Shown piece after piece: positions 50,238 to 59,738 of a stretch of 64,000 nt of DNA. A program made the translations under genes and the position numbers. The notes beneath the pieces are model-generated. The model did not search any database, was not told the origin of the DNA, and saw only the letters and a list, made by a program, of their open reading frames with translations. The stretch is taken from contig NWBM01000002.1 in the NCBI GenBank assembly GCA_002633185.1, forward strand, positions 145,640 through 209,639, given 5' to 3'. Positions within the stretch are counted from its first letter, which is position 1. Every line of letters begins with the position of its first letter. Source of the DNA: Lachnospiraceae bacterium Phil5 (lineage in GTDB: Bacteria > Bacillota > Clostridia > TANB77 > CAG-508).

Positions 50238-52658
50238 TTATACTAATCTATTATAATTTCCGTTTGTGTAATCTTGACCTTCTTGTATGTTTCCTTTTAA
50301 AGCATCTTCAATTATATTGTTCATTTCTTCAATATTTTCATCCATAAAATCTAATCTTATTGAATCAACATTTAATTCTATAGAAGAATAACTTATTTTC
50401 TTGCTATTATATATTGTTGTAGTTCTTGAGAATGAGTCTGGAATAATTCTAAATTTCAAATTCATTCTATCTTTTAAGTAGTATTTTTTACCATTACTAC
50501 AATTATTTTTACAAGTTTGTAAGCAATTATTGCTTTTTGATAATAAGCAATAATTTGTAGTCATTACTGGAATAGAACCATATACAATTGCTTCTATAAG
50601 AACTATGTGATTAACCGCATTTATAGTTAGTTTATCAATTTCTGGTGAGATAATTGCTGAGCTTATACCAAGCTTTTTTAGTTCTGAAATTGTATAATTA
50701 TTGTAAATGTTCATATTATAATTTGCAATTATTTCATAGTCTGGTATATAGTCTTCTAGTATTTTAAAGTTAGATATGTTTGATATAACAAATCCTTTTA
50801 TTTTATATGTATTTAGAGTTTTTGTTAATTCTATATTTGAAGTATTTTTTAAAATTGATGGCATATAAATATATACATTATAGTTTGATGTTAAATCATT
50901 AATTATTGCTTCATAATCAGCATTATAAAAGAATTTCAGTGGTATATATATTTTATTAATGTTTTGTAAATCTTTATAATTGTATTCATTACTTAAAGTG
51001 TTTAATAAAATTGATACTTGTTTTTCTTTAATGTTAGTATCAATAGAGTCTTTGTTACCCAAGCTTTCAATATTTGAAGATAGGGAAGAAGTATCTCTAT
51101 GAATTCTATCTTGTAAAATATTATATAGTTTATCTACTGCATCTCTACGTAATTGATTTAACTTACTAATGCTTGGTATATATAAATTATTATCTAATTC
51201 AATGTCTATATTTTCAAATTCGAAAGGTGTTCCACCAAGTTTATTTATTTGTTCTTTAATTCTTTCTGGAGTGATAGGAGCATTAGATGCTTGCACTGGA
51301 ATTAAATCTGATGTAATTGTGAAGTTTATGTTTTTATATAATTCAGAAGAGGAATCATTAGTATAAATATTTAGACTGATTGGTTCATTTTCATGAATGA
51401 TTATTTTACAATTAAGCTTAGATTTTCTTGATTCACTGTTTGTAAGCAGATTAGCTTCAGTGTTAAGCTCTTTTGAATTGATTTTGTAGATTTTATCACC
51501 TACAGAAATTCTTCCTTTTATTCTACCAATTTTAACAATATCACCTTTATTAGCTGTTTGAATATTTTTGTTTTGAATCATTAATTCAGAAACATTATAT
51601 AAATTTTTCTCTTTTTCTAAACTTACTGAGTCACCAATTGCAACACTATTTTCAAGCTTTAGAGAGATATATCCTTTGTTTGGATTAAAATTATATACTG
51701 TTCCAATTAAGATTCCCATGTTATTTGGTTTATTTTTATAAATAAGATTTTGATTTGGTTCATTTGCAAGATATCCAGTTGAAAATCCTCCTCTGTTAAA
51801 TACTTGCAATAAGTCTTGTTTATCTGCTTCATCTATAATATATGGTTCGTTAGATTTAGCTAAATCTATATATTTTCTATATATTCTAGTAACTGTTGAA
51901 ACATATTCTGGTGTTTTTAATCTTCCTTCAATTTTGAAAGATGTAATACCAGATTTAACAAGTTCTGGTATTAGTTCAAGAGAACATAAATCTCTTGGAC
52001 TTAATAGATGTCCTTTGTCTATAGTAGATTCTTCATCTGAATTGTTTGAAATTAGTTCATAAGGTAATCTACAAGGTTGAGCACATTTACCACGATTTCC
52101 AGAACGAGCACCAATCATGCTTGAAAGTAAGCATTGTCCTGAATAACAAATACAAAGAGCACCATGAACAAATACTTCAATTTCAATATTTGAATTATCA
52201 CATATATATTTTATTTCATCTAAAGATAATTCTCTTGAAAGAACAACACGCTTAAAACCAAGCTTTTCAGCCTCTAAAACACCTTCTAAATTATGAATAG
52301 TCATTTGAGTACTTGCGTGAATAGGAAGATCTGGAAAGCTTTCAATAAGTTTTTTCGCTAATCCTAAATCTTGTACAATAATAGCATCAATTCCATACTC
52401 ATACGCTTTTTTAGCAAGTTCAAATGCCTCATTAAATTCATCATTTTTAATTAATATATTTAAAGCTAAGTTGGTTTTAACATTTCTAGTTTTAGCATAT
52501 TCAATTGCATTTTTTAATTCTTCATCATTAAAGTTACCTGCAGAAGCTCTTGCGTTAAACATACTTCCACCAAAGTATACGCAATCGCTACCGGCTTGTA
52601 CAGCAGCTTTTAAACATTCAAAATCACCAACAGGTGATAATAATTCAATTTCGTTCAT
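50238..52658 (-). CDS. U32-family peptidase (long, two-module form)
   Basis: IELLSPVGDFECLKAAVQAGSDCVYFGG...ALCICYSGQCLLSS...GRSGNRGKCAQPCR. Confidence 0.85.
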   Translation of the reverse strand: MNEIELLSPVGDFECLKAAVQAGSDCVYFGGSMFNARASAGNFNDEELKNAIEYAKTRNVKTNLALNILIKNDEFNEAFELAKKAYEYGIDAIIVQDLGLAKKLIESFPDLPIHASTQMTIHNLEGVLEAEKLGFKRVVLSRELSLDEIKYICDNSNIEIEVFVHGALCICYSGQCLLSSMIGARSGNRGKCAQPCRLPYELISNNSDEESTIDKGHLLSPRDLCSLELIPELVKSGITSFKIEGRLKTPEYVSTVTRIYRKYIDLAKSNEPYIIDEADKQDLLQVFNRGGFSTGYLANEPNQNLIYKNKPNNMGILIGTVYNFNPNKGYISLKLENSVAIGDSVSLEKEKNLYNVSELMIQNKNIQTANKGDIVKIGRIKGRISVGDKIYKINSKELNTEANLLTNSESRKSKLNCKIIIHENEPISLNIYTNDSSSELYKNINFTITSDLIPVQASNAPITPERIKEQINKLGGTPFEFENIDIELDNNLYIPSISKLNQLRRDAVDKLYNILQDRIHRDTSSLSSNIESLGNKDSIDTNIKEKQVSILLNTLSNEYNYKDLQNINKIYIPLKFFYNADYEAIINDLTSNYNVYIYMPSILKNTSNIELTKTLNTYKIKGFVISNISNFKILEDYIPDYEIIANYNMNIYNNYTISELKKLGISSAIISPEIDKLTINAVNHIVLIEAIVYGSIPVMTTNYCLLSKSNNCLQTCKNNCSNGKKYYLKDRMNLKFRIIPDSFSRTTTIYNSKKISYSSIELNVDSIRLDFMDENIEEMNNIIEDALKGNIQEGQDYTNGNYNRLV

Positions 52659-52808
52659 ATTAATTCCTTTCCTAAAATTAAGATTTATAGCATTATATCA
52701 TATTTACAAGAATTTGACAATTTACATAATTCAAAAAGCAAAATTTGTAACACTATTATTTTTGTGTGCATATTATACAGTATAAAATAAAAAAGGAGGT
52801 ACAAACAA

Positions 52809-52964
52809 ATGCCAGAAGAAGGAAGAAATTGCGGATGTGGATGCGGTTGTGGAAACAACGGAATTTTAGGAAACATGTTTGGAGATGGATGTAACAGCGA
52901 AATTTTATTCTTTATAATTGTATTTTTATTATTATTTACAAACTGCGGATGTTGTAGAAACTAG
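52809..52964 (+). CDS. Small Cys/Gly-rich membrane peptide (YjcZ-like sporulation micro-protein). It is not in the ORF track.
   Basis: AGGAGG lies 7 nt before ATG 52809. MPEEGRNCGCGCGCGNNGILGNMFGDGCNSEILFFIIVFLLLFTNCGCCRN, 51 aa. Confidence 0.6.
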   Translation: MPEEGRNCGCGCGCGNNGILGNMFGDGCNSEILFFIIVFLLLFTNCGCCRN

Positions 52965-52984
52965 CATTTTATAATACAGCAATA

Positions 52985-53013
52985 TTGACAAAAATAGCAA
53001 ACAATGTTATAAT
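52985..53013 (+). promoter_or_regulatory. Consensus sigma-A promoter (TTGACA-17-TGtTATAAT)
   Basis: Hexamers at 52985-52990 and 53008-53013. Confidence 0.7.
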
Positions 53014-53133
53014 CTTTTAAATGTTTGGAGAGTCCAAACTACTTGATAATACATAGAAATATGTTATTTCAAGTTCCGCTCTAAGAATAATATGTATATG
53101 TTATTCTGCAACTAACAGAAGGAGTTTACAATT

Positions 53134-53562
53134 ATGAACAAAAGAGAAAAGATTGGAAGCATTGACGAGCTTGTTGATGCACAGAAGAAGCTGGATACCT
53201 TGAAGGGTATCAAGAAGGACATTGAAGACGGAGGATATAATGGAACTCCGATTTCAGATGTGCTTGATGATGTTGAAATCAACTTGGTTGATGTCTGCAG
53301 AGTTGAGCGTTCCTTCAAGAATATTAAAAAACAAGCTAAGAGCTTGGATGAAATAGCTATTTTCCTTGGCAAGCAAATTCCTGTTATTGAAGAACAGCTT
53401 CGGCTGGTTGAACCTTCAGTTATCATGAAAGATGCTGAAGTATATAAGCCGCAGAACGAAGAGTTCGAATGGCAGGAAGAACTTGAAGACACAGTTGATG
53501 ACTATATGAGAGAAAATGGACATGATGATTGTGACACTTCTTGGAGTGACGATGCTCAGTAA
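53134..53562 (+). CDS. Hypothetical acidic protein (GC-richer island)
   Basis: 142 aa with AAGGAG SD. It uses CTG, CAG and CGG codons. No family recognised. Confidence 0.6.
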   Translation: MNKREKIGSIDELVDAQKKLDTLKGIKKDIEDGGYNGTPISDVLDDVEINLVDVCRVERSFKNIKKQAKSLDEIAIFLGKQIPVIEEQLRLVEPSVIMKDAEVYKPQNEEFEWQEELEDTVDDYMRENGHDDCDTSWSDDAQ

Positions 53563-53570
53563 GAGTAGTA

Positions 53571-53605
53571 AAAAGCGCTTTTCTAATAGAAAGGCGCTTT
53601 TTTTA
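53571..53605 (+). terminator. Rho-independent terminator
   Basis: aaaagcgcttttct / agaaaggcgctttt followed by T-run. Confidence 0.8.
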
Positions 53606-53678
53606 TAAGTTATATATTGTGTATAATAAATTAATTTGATATAATGCAAAAAGAAAAAGTTTACGAAAGGAAAAGAAT

Positions 53679-54137
53679 ATGATTAGAGTATTATTCGTAT
53701 GTTTAGGAAACATATGCAGATCTCCAATGGCTGAATTTGTATTTAAAGATATGGTTGACAAGAAAGGCTTAACTAAAGAGTTTTATATAGATTCAGCTGC
53801 AACAGATGATTATAATGAAAAAATGAAAGCAGGTATCTATCCTGATACAAAAGATATATTAAAAGAAATGAACATTCCATTTATAGAGCATATATCAAGG
53901 CAATTGAAAAAAGATGATTATGATAAATTCGATTATATTTTAGGAATGGAAGAAAGAAACGTTATTGATATTAAACAAATTATTGGTGTAGATAAAGAAA
54001 ACAAAGTACATAGACTTTTAGATTTTACAGAAAAGCCCAGGGATATTATAGATCCGTGGTATTATGGTAATTTTGATTCGACATATTACGATATTTTATA
54101 CGGATGTGAAAAATTTCTTGAATATCTAAAAAAATAA
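53679..54137 (+). CDS. Low-molecular-weight protein-tyrosine phosphatase
   Basis: VLFVCLGNICRSPMAE (CX5R P-loop) and a DPWY motif containing the catalytic Asp. Confidence 0.9.
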   Translation: MIRVLFVCLGNICRSPMAEFVFKDMVDKKGLTKEFYIDSAATDDYNEKMKAGIYPDTKDILKEMNIPFIEHISRQLKKDDYDKFDYILGMEERNVIDIKQIIGVDKENKVHRLLDFTEKPRDIIDPWYYGNFDSTYYDILYGCEKFLEYLKK

Positions 54138-54175
54138 TGATAAAATTTTAAAATGATGAAACGGAGGAAGTTAAT

Positions 54176-54661
54176 ATGCAAAAAAAGAGAGAAGATTATA
54201 TAGGATGGGATCAATATTTTATGGGAGTAGCAATGCTTTCAGCCCAAAGAAGTAAAGACCCTAATACACAAGTTGGAGCATGTATAGTAAGCCAAGACAA
54301 TAAAATATTGTCACTTGGATATAATGGTGCACCAAATGGATATAATGATGAACATATGCCATGGGATAGAGAAGGGGATTTTATAAACACAAAATATGCA
54401 TATGTATGTCATGCAGAGTTAAATGCAATACTTAACAACAAAGGTTCTGTATTAGAAGGGTCAAGAATATATGTAGATTTATTCCCATGTAATGAATGTG
54501 CTAAAGCAATAATACAATCTGGAATAAAAGAAATAATTTACAGATCTGATAAATATAATGGAACAGATGCAAATATTGTTGCTAAAAAAATGCTAGATTA
54601 TTGTGGTGTTAAATATAGACAATATGAAGAAAAAGGAATCGAGATAAAGCTCGATTTATAA
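54176..54661 (+). CDS. comEB: dCMP deaminase (ComEB type)
   Basis: CHAELNAI...PCNECAKAI zinc ligands. Confidence 0.9.
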   Translation: MQKKREDYIGWDQYFMGVAMLSAQRSKDPNTQVGACIVSQDNKILSLGYNGAPNGYNDEHMPWDREGDFINTKYAYVCHAELNAILNNKGSVLEGSRIYVDLFPCNECAKAIIQSGIKEIIYRSDKYNGTDANIVAKKMLDYCGVKYRQYEEKGIEIKLDL

Positions 54662-54685
54662 AAGAAAACAAAAGGAGAGAGTAAA

Positions 54686-55180
54686 ATGTTAATTAAATAT
54701 ATAGTAGTATTTTTCGTATCTATGGTACCATTTATAGAATTAAGAGGAGCAGTTCCAATAGGACTAAGTAATTGGCTTGGTGATCCATTACCAATTATTC
54801 CATTATATGCAATTTGTATTATAGCAAATATGCTACCAGTGCCTATAATATTTTTCTTCGCAAGAAAGGTATTAATTTGGGGTAAGGATAAAAAATTTAT
54901 AGGCAAATTCTTTACTTGGTGCTATGAAAAAGGTGAAAAAGGCGGTAAAAAACTTCAAGATAAAGCAGGAAGAGGATTATATTTTGCATTATTCTTATTT
55001 GTTGGTATTCCACTTCCTGGAACAGGTGCTTGGACAGGTACACTTGCGGCAAGCTTTTTAGATTTGGATTTTAAAAAGAGCGTTATAGCTGTAATGGCAG
55101 GTGTTGTTTCTGCAGGCATAATTATGGGATTAATTTCAGCTGGTGTATTTGGTACATTAGGAGCATTTTTAGGTAAATAA
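54686..55180 (+). CDS. Small membrane protein of the 'small multidrug export' (COG2426) family
   Basis: VSMVPFIELRGAVPIGL...GIPLPGTGAWTG. Confidence 0.7.
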   Translation: MLIKYIVVFFVSMVPFIELRGAVPIGLSNWLGDPLPIIPLYAICIIANMLPVPIIFFFARKVLIWGKDKKFIGKFFTWCYEKGEKGGKKLQDKAGRGLYFALFLFVGIPLPGTGAWTGTLAASFLDLDFKKSVIAVMAGVVSAGIIMGLISAGVFGTLGAFLGK

Positions 55181-55213
55181 TGTTGAATTTTGTCAAAGAA
55201 AAGTTAAAAAATA

Positions 55214-55243
55214 TTGACACTAATGATTATTCAATAATATAAT
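55214..55243 (+). promoter_or_regulatory. Sigma-A promoter (TTGACA-18-TATAAT)
   Basis: Hexamers at 55214-55219 and 55238-55243. Confidence 0.55.
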
Positions 55244-55398
55244 TTAGCTATTAAAATAATCTAGCTATAACTTACATAATAGCTAGTGGTAGTGCGGATG
55301 CACTTATATATTGTAAGAGTTGGTGTAAAAACATAATACACTAACGAAGCCATAGCAAGAAAAGCAATACTTATCTTGCGCAATCAATAGGAGGGAAT

Positions 55399-55755
55399 AT
55401 GCTTCAATTCAAAAGTCTCACATGCAAAATGGCCTGTGACGCAGCGTTACTCAACATTTTAGACACATACTGTGATAAACTTTTCATTCTTGCAGTGAGT
55501 AGTGGTTTCTACGAAAATCTTTGCAAGCTCAAGCAGGTTGACAGCCATGTTATGGCAGAAACATTTGATGACAGCGAAGCGATTGACATTTATGAAGACG
55601 AAACAAAAACAAAGAGAATTGCACGATTGTTCTTCTATGAGCTGAATGGAATTTACTTTCTTAAAGAGGTTTCAAGCAACCAATACAGTTACGAGAAGAC
55701 ATACAACAGCGAAGATGAAGAAAGCACGGAACTTATTATTTTTATTGATTTGTAA
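55399..55755 (+). CDS. Hypothetical protein (GC-richer island)
   Basis: 118 aa with AGGAGGG SD. No family recognised. Confidence 0.55.
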   Translation: MLQFKSLTCKMACDAALLNILDTYCDKLFILAVSSGFYENLCKLKQVDSHVMAETFDDSEAIDIYEDETKTKRIARLFFYELNGIYFLKEVSSNQYSYEKTYNSEDEESTELIIFIDL

Positions 55756-55758
55756 ATA

Positions 55759-55797
55759 AAAAAACGTCACTTACATATATGTTTGTGACGTTTTTTA
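55759..55797. terminator. Bidirectional terminator between convergent genes
   Basis: aaaaaacgtcac / gtgacgtttttt. Confidence 0.8.
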
Positions 55798-55820
55798 TAT
55801 TAATTAAAACAATACCATAT

Positions 55821-57668
55821 TTAAATTTCAATTTTAGGTTGATACCTTTCAAGCCACATATTTACCTGGCACAAATAAGCCATAAGTTGTGGCCCTGTCA
55901 TTAGTTGCCCAAACCAAGGTCTAGTGAATGCTTTACCATCAGTTTCTAAAATTTCTAAAATATATTCTCTATTTAATAAATTATTAATAGGCGCATTTTT
56001 ATCAGCCATAATCTTAGTTAGCATATCTTTAACACACTTCAAATAAGTAGGATTCCATGTTTTAGGATATGGACTTTTCTTTCTATCCACAATTTCTTCA
56101 GGTAAATAATCTTTCATAATATAACGAAGTAAGCCTTTTTCTCTACCATTTAAAGCCTTCATTTCCCATGGAATATTCCATACATATTCAGCTAATCTAT
56201 AATCACAGAAAGGAACACGAATTTCAAAACCGTTATACATAGCCATTCTATCGGATCTATCTAAAAGTGTTTGCATAAACCAGTTTAAAGTTAAATGAGA
56301 TATCTTACGCTTTTCAGCAGTTTCCATTGAATCAGTATCTAAAATTTCAACTTCATTTAAGCTTTCATAATATCTATAATCTATATATTCTTTTAAATTG
56401 ATTTTTTCACCAATTGAAGGATTTAAAAGCTGCTGCCTTTCAGTAGTAGCAATAGACCAAGGAAAAGTACCACTTGTTAAAGCATCTTCTCTGAAGAACC
56501 ATGGATATCCTCCAAAAATTTCATCTGAACATTCACCTGTTAAAGTAACAGTTGCTTCCGGTTTAACCCTTTGACAGAAAAGTAATAAAGAAGAATCAAC
56601 ATCTGCCATACCAGGCAGATCTCTTGCAATCATTGCATCTTCTAAGTTAGCTGCAAGTTCAGGCGTGTCTAACATAACAACTTTATGGTTTGTATTTAGT
56701 TTATTTTTCATTATATCTATATAGTAATTATCCGAATTTGGTTGAAAATCGGTTTTAACAAAATTTTTATCATTATCCTTGTAATCTACTGAATATGTTG
56801 TTAAACTTCCTAAATTTTCTTTTTCATAATAATTAGCGGCATATAAAGTTATAATACTAGAATCTAATCCGCCAGATAAAAATGTGCATAAAGGAACATC
56901 GGAAACAAGTTGCCTTTTAATAGAGTCTTCTAGCAGATATTTTGTTTTTTCACAAGTTGTTTTTAACCCATCTTCATGTGGAGCACTTTTTAAAGACCAA
57001 TATCTTTCAAGATGTAGTCCAGATGAATTATATATTCCAAAATGAGCAGGTTTTAATTCATTAATTCCTTTAAAGGCAACAATGCCTGGAGTATGAGCAG
57101 GACCAAGACCAAATAATTCTGAAATTCCTTGGCTATCTATTTTGGCTTCAACGCCTGGATATTTGAATAATGCTTTTATTTCGGAAGAGAAGATAAAGGT
57201 ATCGTCCTGAATAGTATAATATAAAGGCTTTACACCAAAATGATCACGAGCGGCAAATAATTCTTTTTTATTACTATCCCAAATAGCAAATCCATATATA
57301 CCATTTAGTTTATGAACTACATCATACCCATAGTATATAAAGCTTTTTAAAAGAACTTCGGTATCAGAGTAGCTATTAAATTCAAAACCGTTTTCAATTA
57401 AATCTTTACGTAAGTCTTCTGTGTTATAAAGTTGACCATTATATACAAGGGTATATGTGTTATTATTATATTTACATGTCATTGGCTGTTTACCACCATT
57501 TGCATCAATAACAATTAAGCGCTTATGACCAAGATAAACATTTTTTTCAAAGTAATATCCATCCTCATCAGGACCTCGTTTTTTTAAAGTATCATTCATT
57601 GAATAAATAGTACTTTTCATATTTGAAATATCTTTTGTTAAATTAACAAAACCATTAATTCCACACAT
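55821..57668 (-). CDS. asnB: Asparagine synthase (glutamine-hydrolysing)
   Basis: MCGINGF (N-terminal nucleophile Cys) and SGGLDSS (PP-loop). GGAGG precedes the ATG at 57668. The longer ORF-track start lacks an SD. Confidence 0.9.
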   Translation of the reverse strand: MCGINGFVNLTKDISNMKSTIYSMNDTLKKRGPDEDGYYFEKNVYLGHKRLIVIDANGGKQPMTCKYNNNTYTLVYNGQLYNTEDLRKDLIENGFEFNSYSDTEVLLKSFIYYGYDVVHKLNGIYGFAIWDSNKKELFAARDHFGVKPLYYTIQDDTFIFSSEIKALFKYPGVEAKIDSQGISELFGLGPAHTPGIVAFKGINELKPAHFGIYNSSGLHLERYWSLKSAPHEDGLKTTCEKTKYLLEDSIKRQLVSDVPLCTFLSGGLDSSIITLYAANYYEKENLGSLTTYSVDYKDNDKNFVKTDFQPNSDNYYIDIMKNKLNTNHKVVMLDTPELAANLEDAMIARDLPGMADVDSSLLLFCQRVKPEATVTLTGECSDEIFGGYPWFFREDALTSGTFPWSIATTERQQLLNPSIGEKINLKEYIDYRYYESLNEVEILDTDSMETAEKRKISHLTLNWFMQTLLDRSDRMAMYNGFEIRVPFCDYRLAEYVWNIPWEMKALNGREKGLLRYIMKDYLPEEIVDRKKSPYPKTWNPTYLKCVKDMLTKIMADKNAPINNLLNREYILEILETDGKAFTRPWFGQLMTGPQLMAYLCQVNMWLERYQPKIEI

Positions 57669-57747
57669 AAAGTTACCTCCAAATCTATTTGCTTTAGTTA
57701 TTATATTCAAGATTGCAAAGATTGACACATTATTTTATTATAAAACA

Positions 57748-57776
57748 TTGACATAATACGGAATTGGTGTTAATAT
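57748..57776 (+). promoter_or_regulatory. Sigma-A promoter (TTGACA-17-TGtTAATAT) for the hisS leader
   Basis: Hexamers at 57748-57753 and 57771-57776. Confidence 0.6.
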
Positions 57777-57813
57777 ATTAATATATCCCAAATATGGAAA
57801 AGAGGAAATGATT

Positions 57814-57867
57814 ATGAAGTCAAAAATATTTTTAAACCAACTACATCATCATCGTAGGGGCTTGTAA
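57814..57867 (+). CDS. Candidate leader peptide with three consecutive His codons
   Basis: AGAGGA lies 7 nt before ATG 57814. MKSKIFLNQLHHHRRGL, then a stop. Confidence 0.4.
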   Translation: MKSKIFLNQLHHHRRGL

Positions 57868-57958
57868 CTTCGCACTATAAAAATGCGTAGGTACAGGCTT
57901 AGAATGCATGCCTACGATAGTTTAAAAATATTTTGAAAATAGATATGTTTAAAAAGGA

Positions 57959-57997
57959 CTATTTGTAGGAAATAAAAACTTGCAAATAGTTTTTTTG
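57959..57997 (+). terminator. Leader (attenuator) terminator upstream of hisS
   Basis: ctatttgtagg / cttgcaaatag followed by T7, about 40 nt before the hisS SD. Confidence 0.55.
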
Positions 57998-58034
57998 TAT
58001 ATTATAATCAACTCAAATTCAAGGAGGAATAAAT

Positions 58035-59348
58035 ATGAGTGAAAATAAAGTATTACCAAAAACATTACCAGGATTTATGGAATTATTACCAAATGAACAA
58101 TTATTATTTAATGAAATAAAAGAGAAAATTCAAAAAACATATGAGAAGTTTGGCTTCTTACCACTAGATACACCAATAATTGAATCAGCAGAAGTGTTAC
58201 TAGCAAAAGCTGGTGGAGAAACAGAAAAACAAATATATAGATTCAATAAAGGTGAATCAGATTTAGCTTTAAGATTCGATTTAACAGTTCCACTTGCTAA
58301 ATATGTAACAGAAAATTATAATGAACTATGTTTCCCATTTAGAAGATATCAAATAGGAAAAGTATATAGGGGAGAGAAAGCACAAAGAGGAAGATACCGT
58401 GAGTTCTATCAATGTGATATAGATATAATAGGCGAAAATGAATTAAGTTTATTAAATGATGCTGAATTACCAAGCGTTATTTATAATGTGTTTAAAGAAT
58501 TAGGGTTTGGAGAATTTACAATATGCATAAATAACAGAAAGATATTAAATGGTTTATTTGATGCATTAGGATTAAAAGATAATTCAGTAGATATATTAAG
58601 AATAATAGATAAAATTGACAAAATAGGTAAAGAAGAAGTAGTTAAAGAAATTGGTGAATTAGGTGTTTTTTCAGACAAAATTAATACTATAATGAACTTT
58701 ATAGGAATTACTGGAAATGTTTCAGAGACTATCAAATCATTAAGAGATTTAAATATTACAAACGAATTATTTGAAACAGGTGTAAATGAACTAGAAGAAG
58801 TAAGTAAAAACATTAAGTTATTCGGTGTTCCAGAACAAAATTACAAAATTGATTTAACAATTGCAAGAGGATTAGACTACTACACAGGTACAGTATATGA
58901 AACATTCTTAAATGAGTATAGATCACTTGGAAGTGTATGTTCTGGTGGTAGATATGATAACTTAGCTGAATATTATACAGACAGAAAACTACCAGGTGTT
59001 GGTGTTTCAATTGGATTAACAAGATTGTTTTTCCAATTAAATGATAAAAAAATTATAGAAGCGGGAAATAGATCGATTTCAAAAGCTTTAATAATTTCAA
59101 TGGTTGATGATTTATCTAAATCTATAGAAGTAGCTACAGAATTAAGAAATTCAGGAATTAATTGCCAAGTATATACTGATCAAGGTAAGATTAAAAAGCA
59201 ATTTAACTATGCTAATAGAAACAATATTCCATATGTTATTGTTATTGGAGAAGATGAAATAGCTAATAATGTTGTTTCATTGAAGAATATGGAAAGTGGA
59301 GAGCAAGTTACTATTAGTTTGGAAGAAGCTATTAATATTTTAAAATAA
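58035..59348 (+). CDS. hisS: Histidine--tRNA ligase
   Basis: LPGFMELLP...ALRFDLTVPLARY-like motif...YRGEKAQRGRYREFYQCD...GGRYDNL. Confidence 0.95.
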   Translation: MSENKVLPKTLPGFMELLPNEQLLFNEIKEKIQKTYEKFGFLPLDTPIIESAEVLLAKAGGETEKQIYRFNKGESDLALRFDLTVPLAKYVTENYNELCFPFRRYQIGKVYRGEKAQRGRYREFYQCDIDIIGENELSLLNDAELPSVIYNVFKELGFGEFTICINNRKILNGLFDALGLKDNSVDILRIIDKIDKIGKEEVVKEIGELGVFSDKINTIMNFIGITGNVSETIKSLRDLNITNELFETGVNELEEVSKNIKLFGVPEQNYKIDLTIARGLDYYTGTVYETFLNEYRSLGSVCSGGRYDNLAEYYTDRKLPGVGVSIGLTRLFFQLNDKKIIEAGNRSISKALIISMVDDLSKSIEVATELRNSGINCQVYTDQGKIKKQFNYANRNNIPYVIVIGEDEIANNVVSLKNMESGEQVTISLEEAINILK

Positions 59349-59362
59349 TTCCAATCCACCTA

Positions 59363-59391
59363 TTGACAAAATTGTAAAACTTCTGTATAAT
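59363..59391 (+). promoter_or_regulatory. Consensus sigma-A promoter (TTGACA-17-TATAAT)
   Basis: Hexamers at 59363-59368 and 59386-59391. Confidence 0.7.
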
Positions 59392-59469
59392 TTTATGGTG
59401 ACGATTAAATTAGATAAAAATTAATATATAGAAATATATAATTCTAGGTTACATAAGGAGGGAATTAAA

Positions 59470-59655
59470 ATGGCACAACCAAAAAGAAGATGGTCAAAAG
59501 CAAGAACGCATTTAAAAAGATCTACATGGCAATTGAAAGCACAAAACTTAGTTGAATGCCCACATTGTCACGAAACAATGATGCAACATAGAGTATGCCC
59601 AAGTTGCGGATATTATGATGGAGAACAAGTAGTTTCAGTAAATGAGGCTGAATAA
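59470..59655 (+). CDS. rpmF: 50S ribosomal protein L32
   Basis: MAQPKRRWSKARTHLKR...CPHCHE...CPSCGYY. Confidence 0.95.
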   Translation: MAQPKRRWSKARTHLKRSTWQLKAQNLVECPHCHETMMQHRVCPSCGYYDGEQVVSVNEAE

Positions 59656-59661
59656 TAAAAA

Positions 59662-59690
59662 ATGAACGATTTTTTGTCGTTCTTTTTTTA
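59662..59690 (+). terminator. Rho-independent terminator
   Basis: gaacga / tcgttc followed by T7. Confidence 0.6.
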
Positions 59691-59738
59691 TTGGGGCAAA
59701 TTATTAAAAATTAAAATATAACATAAGAGGAGGGAAAA

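Noticed and set aside
54160-54176. atgatgaaaCGGAgg upstream of comEB as a seventh CGG-A site.
   Set aside because: The GGAGG here is the comEB Shine-Dalgarno sequence. The +1 frame stops after 3 codons, and no protein continuity is involved.
57730-58034. A T-box riboswitch upstream of hisS.
   Set aside because: No GGGTGGnACCGCG-type T-box sequence or specifier-loop architecture is seen, in contrast to the clear glyQS leader.
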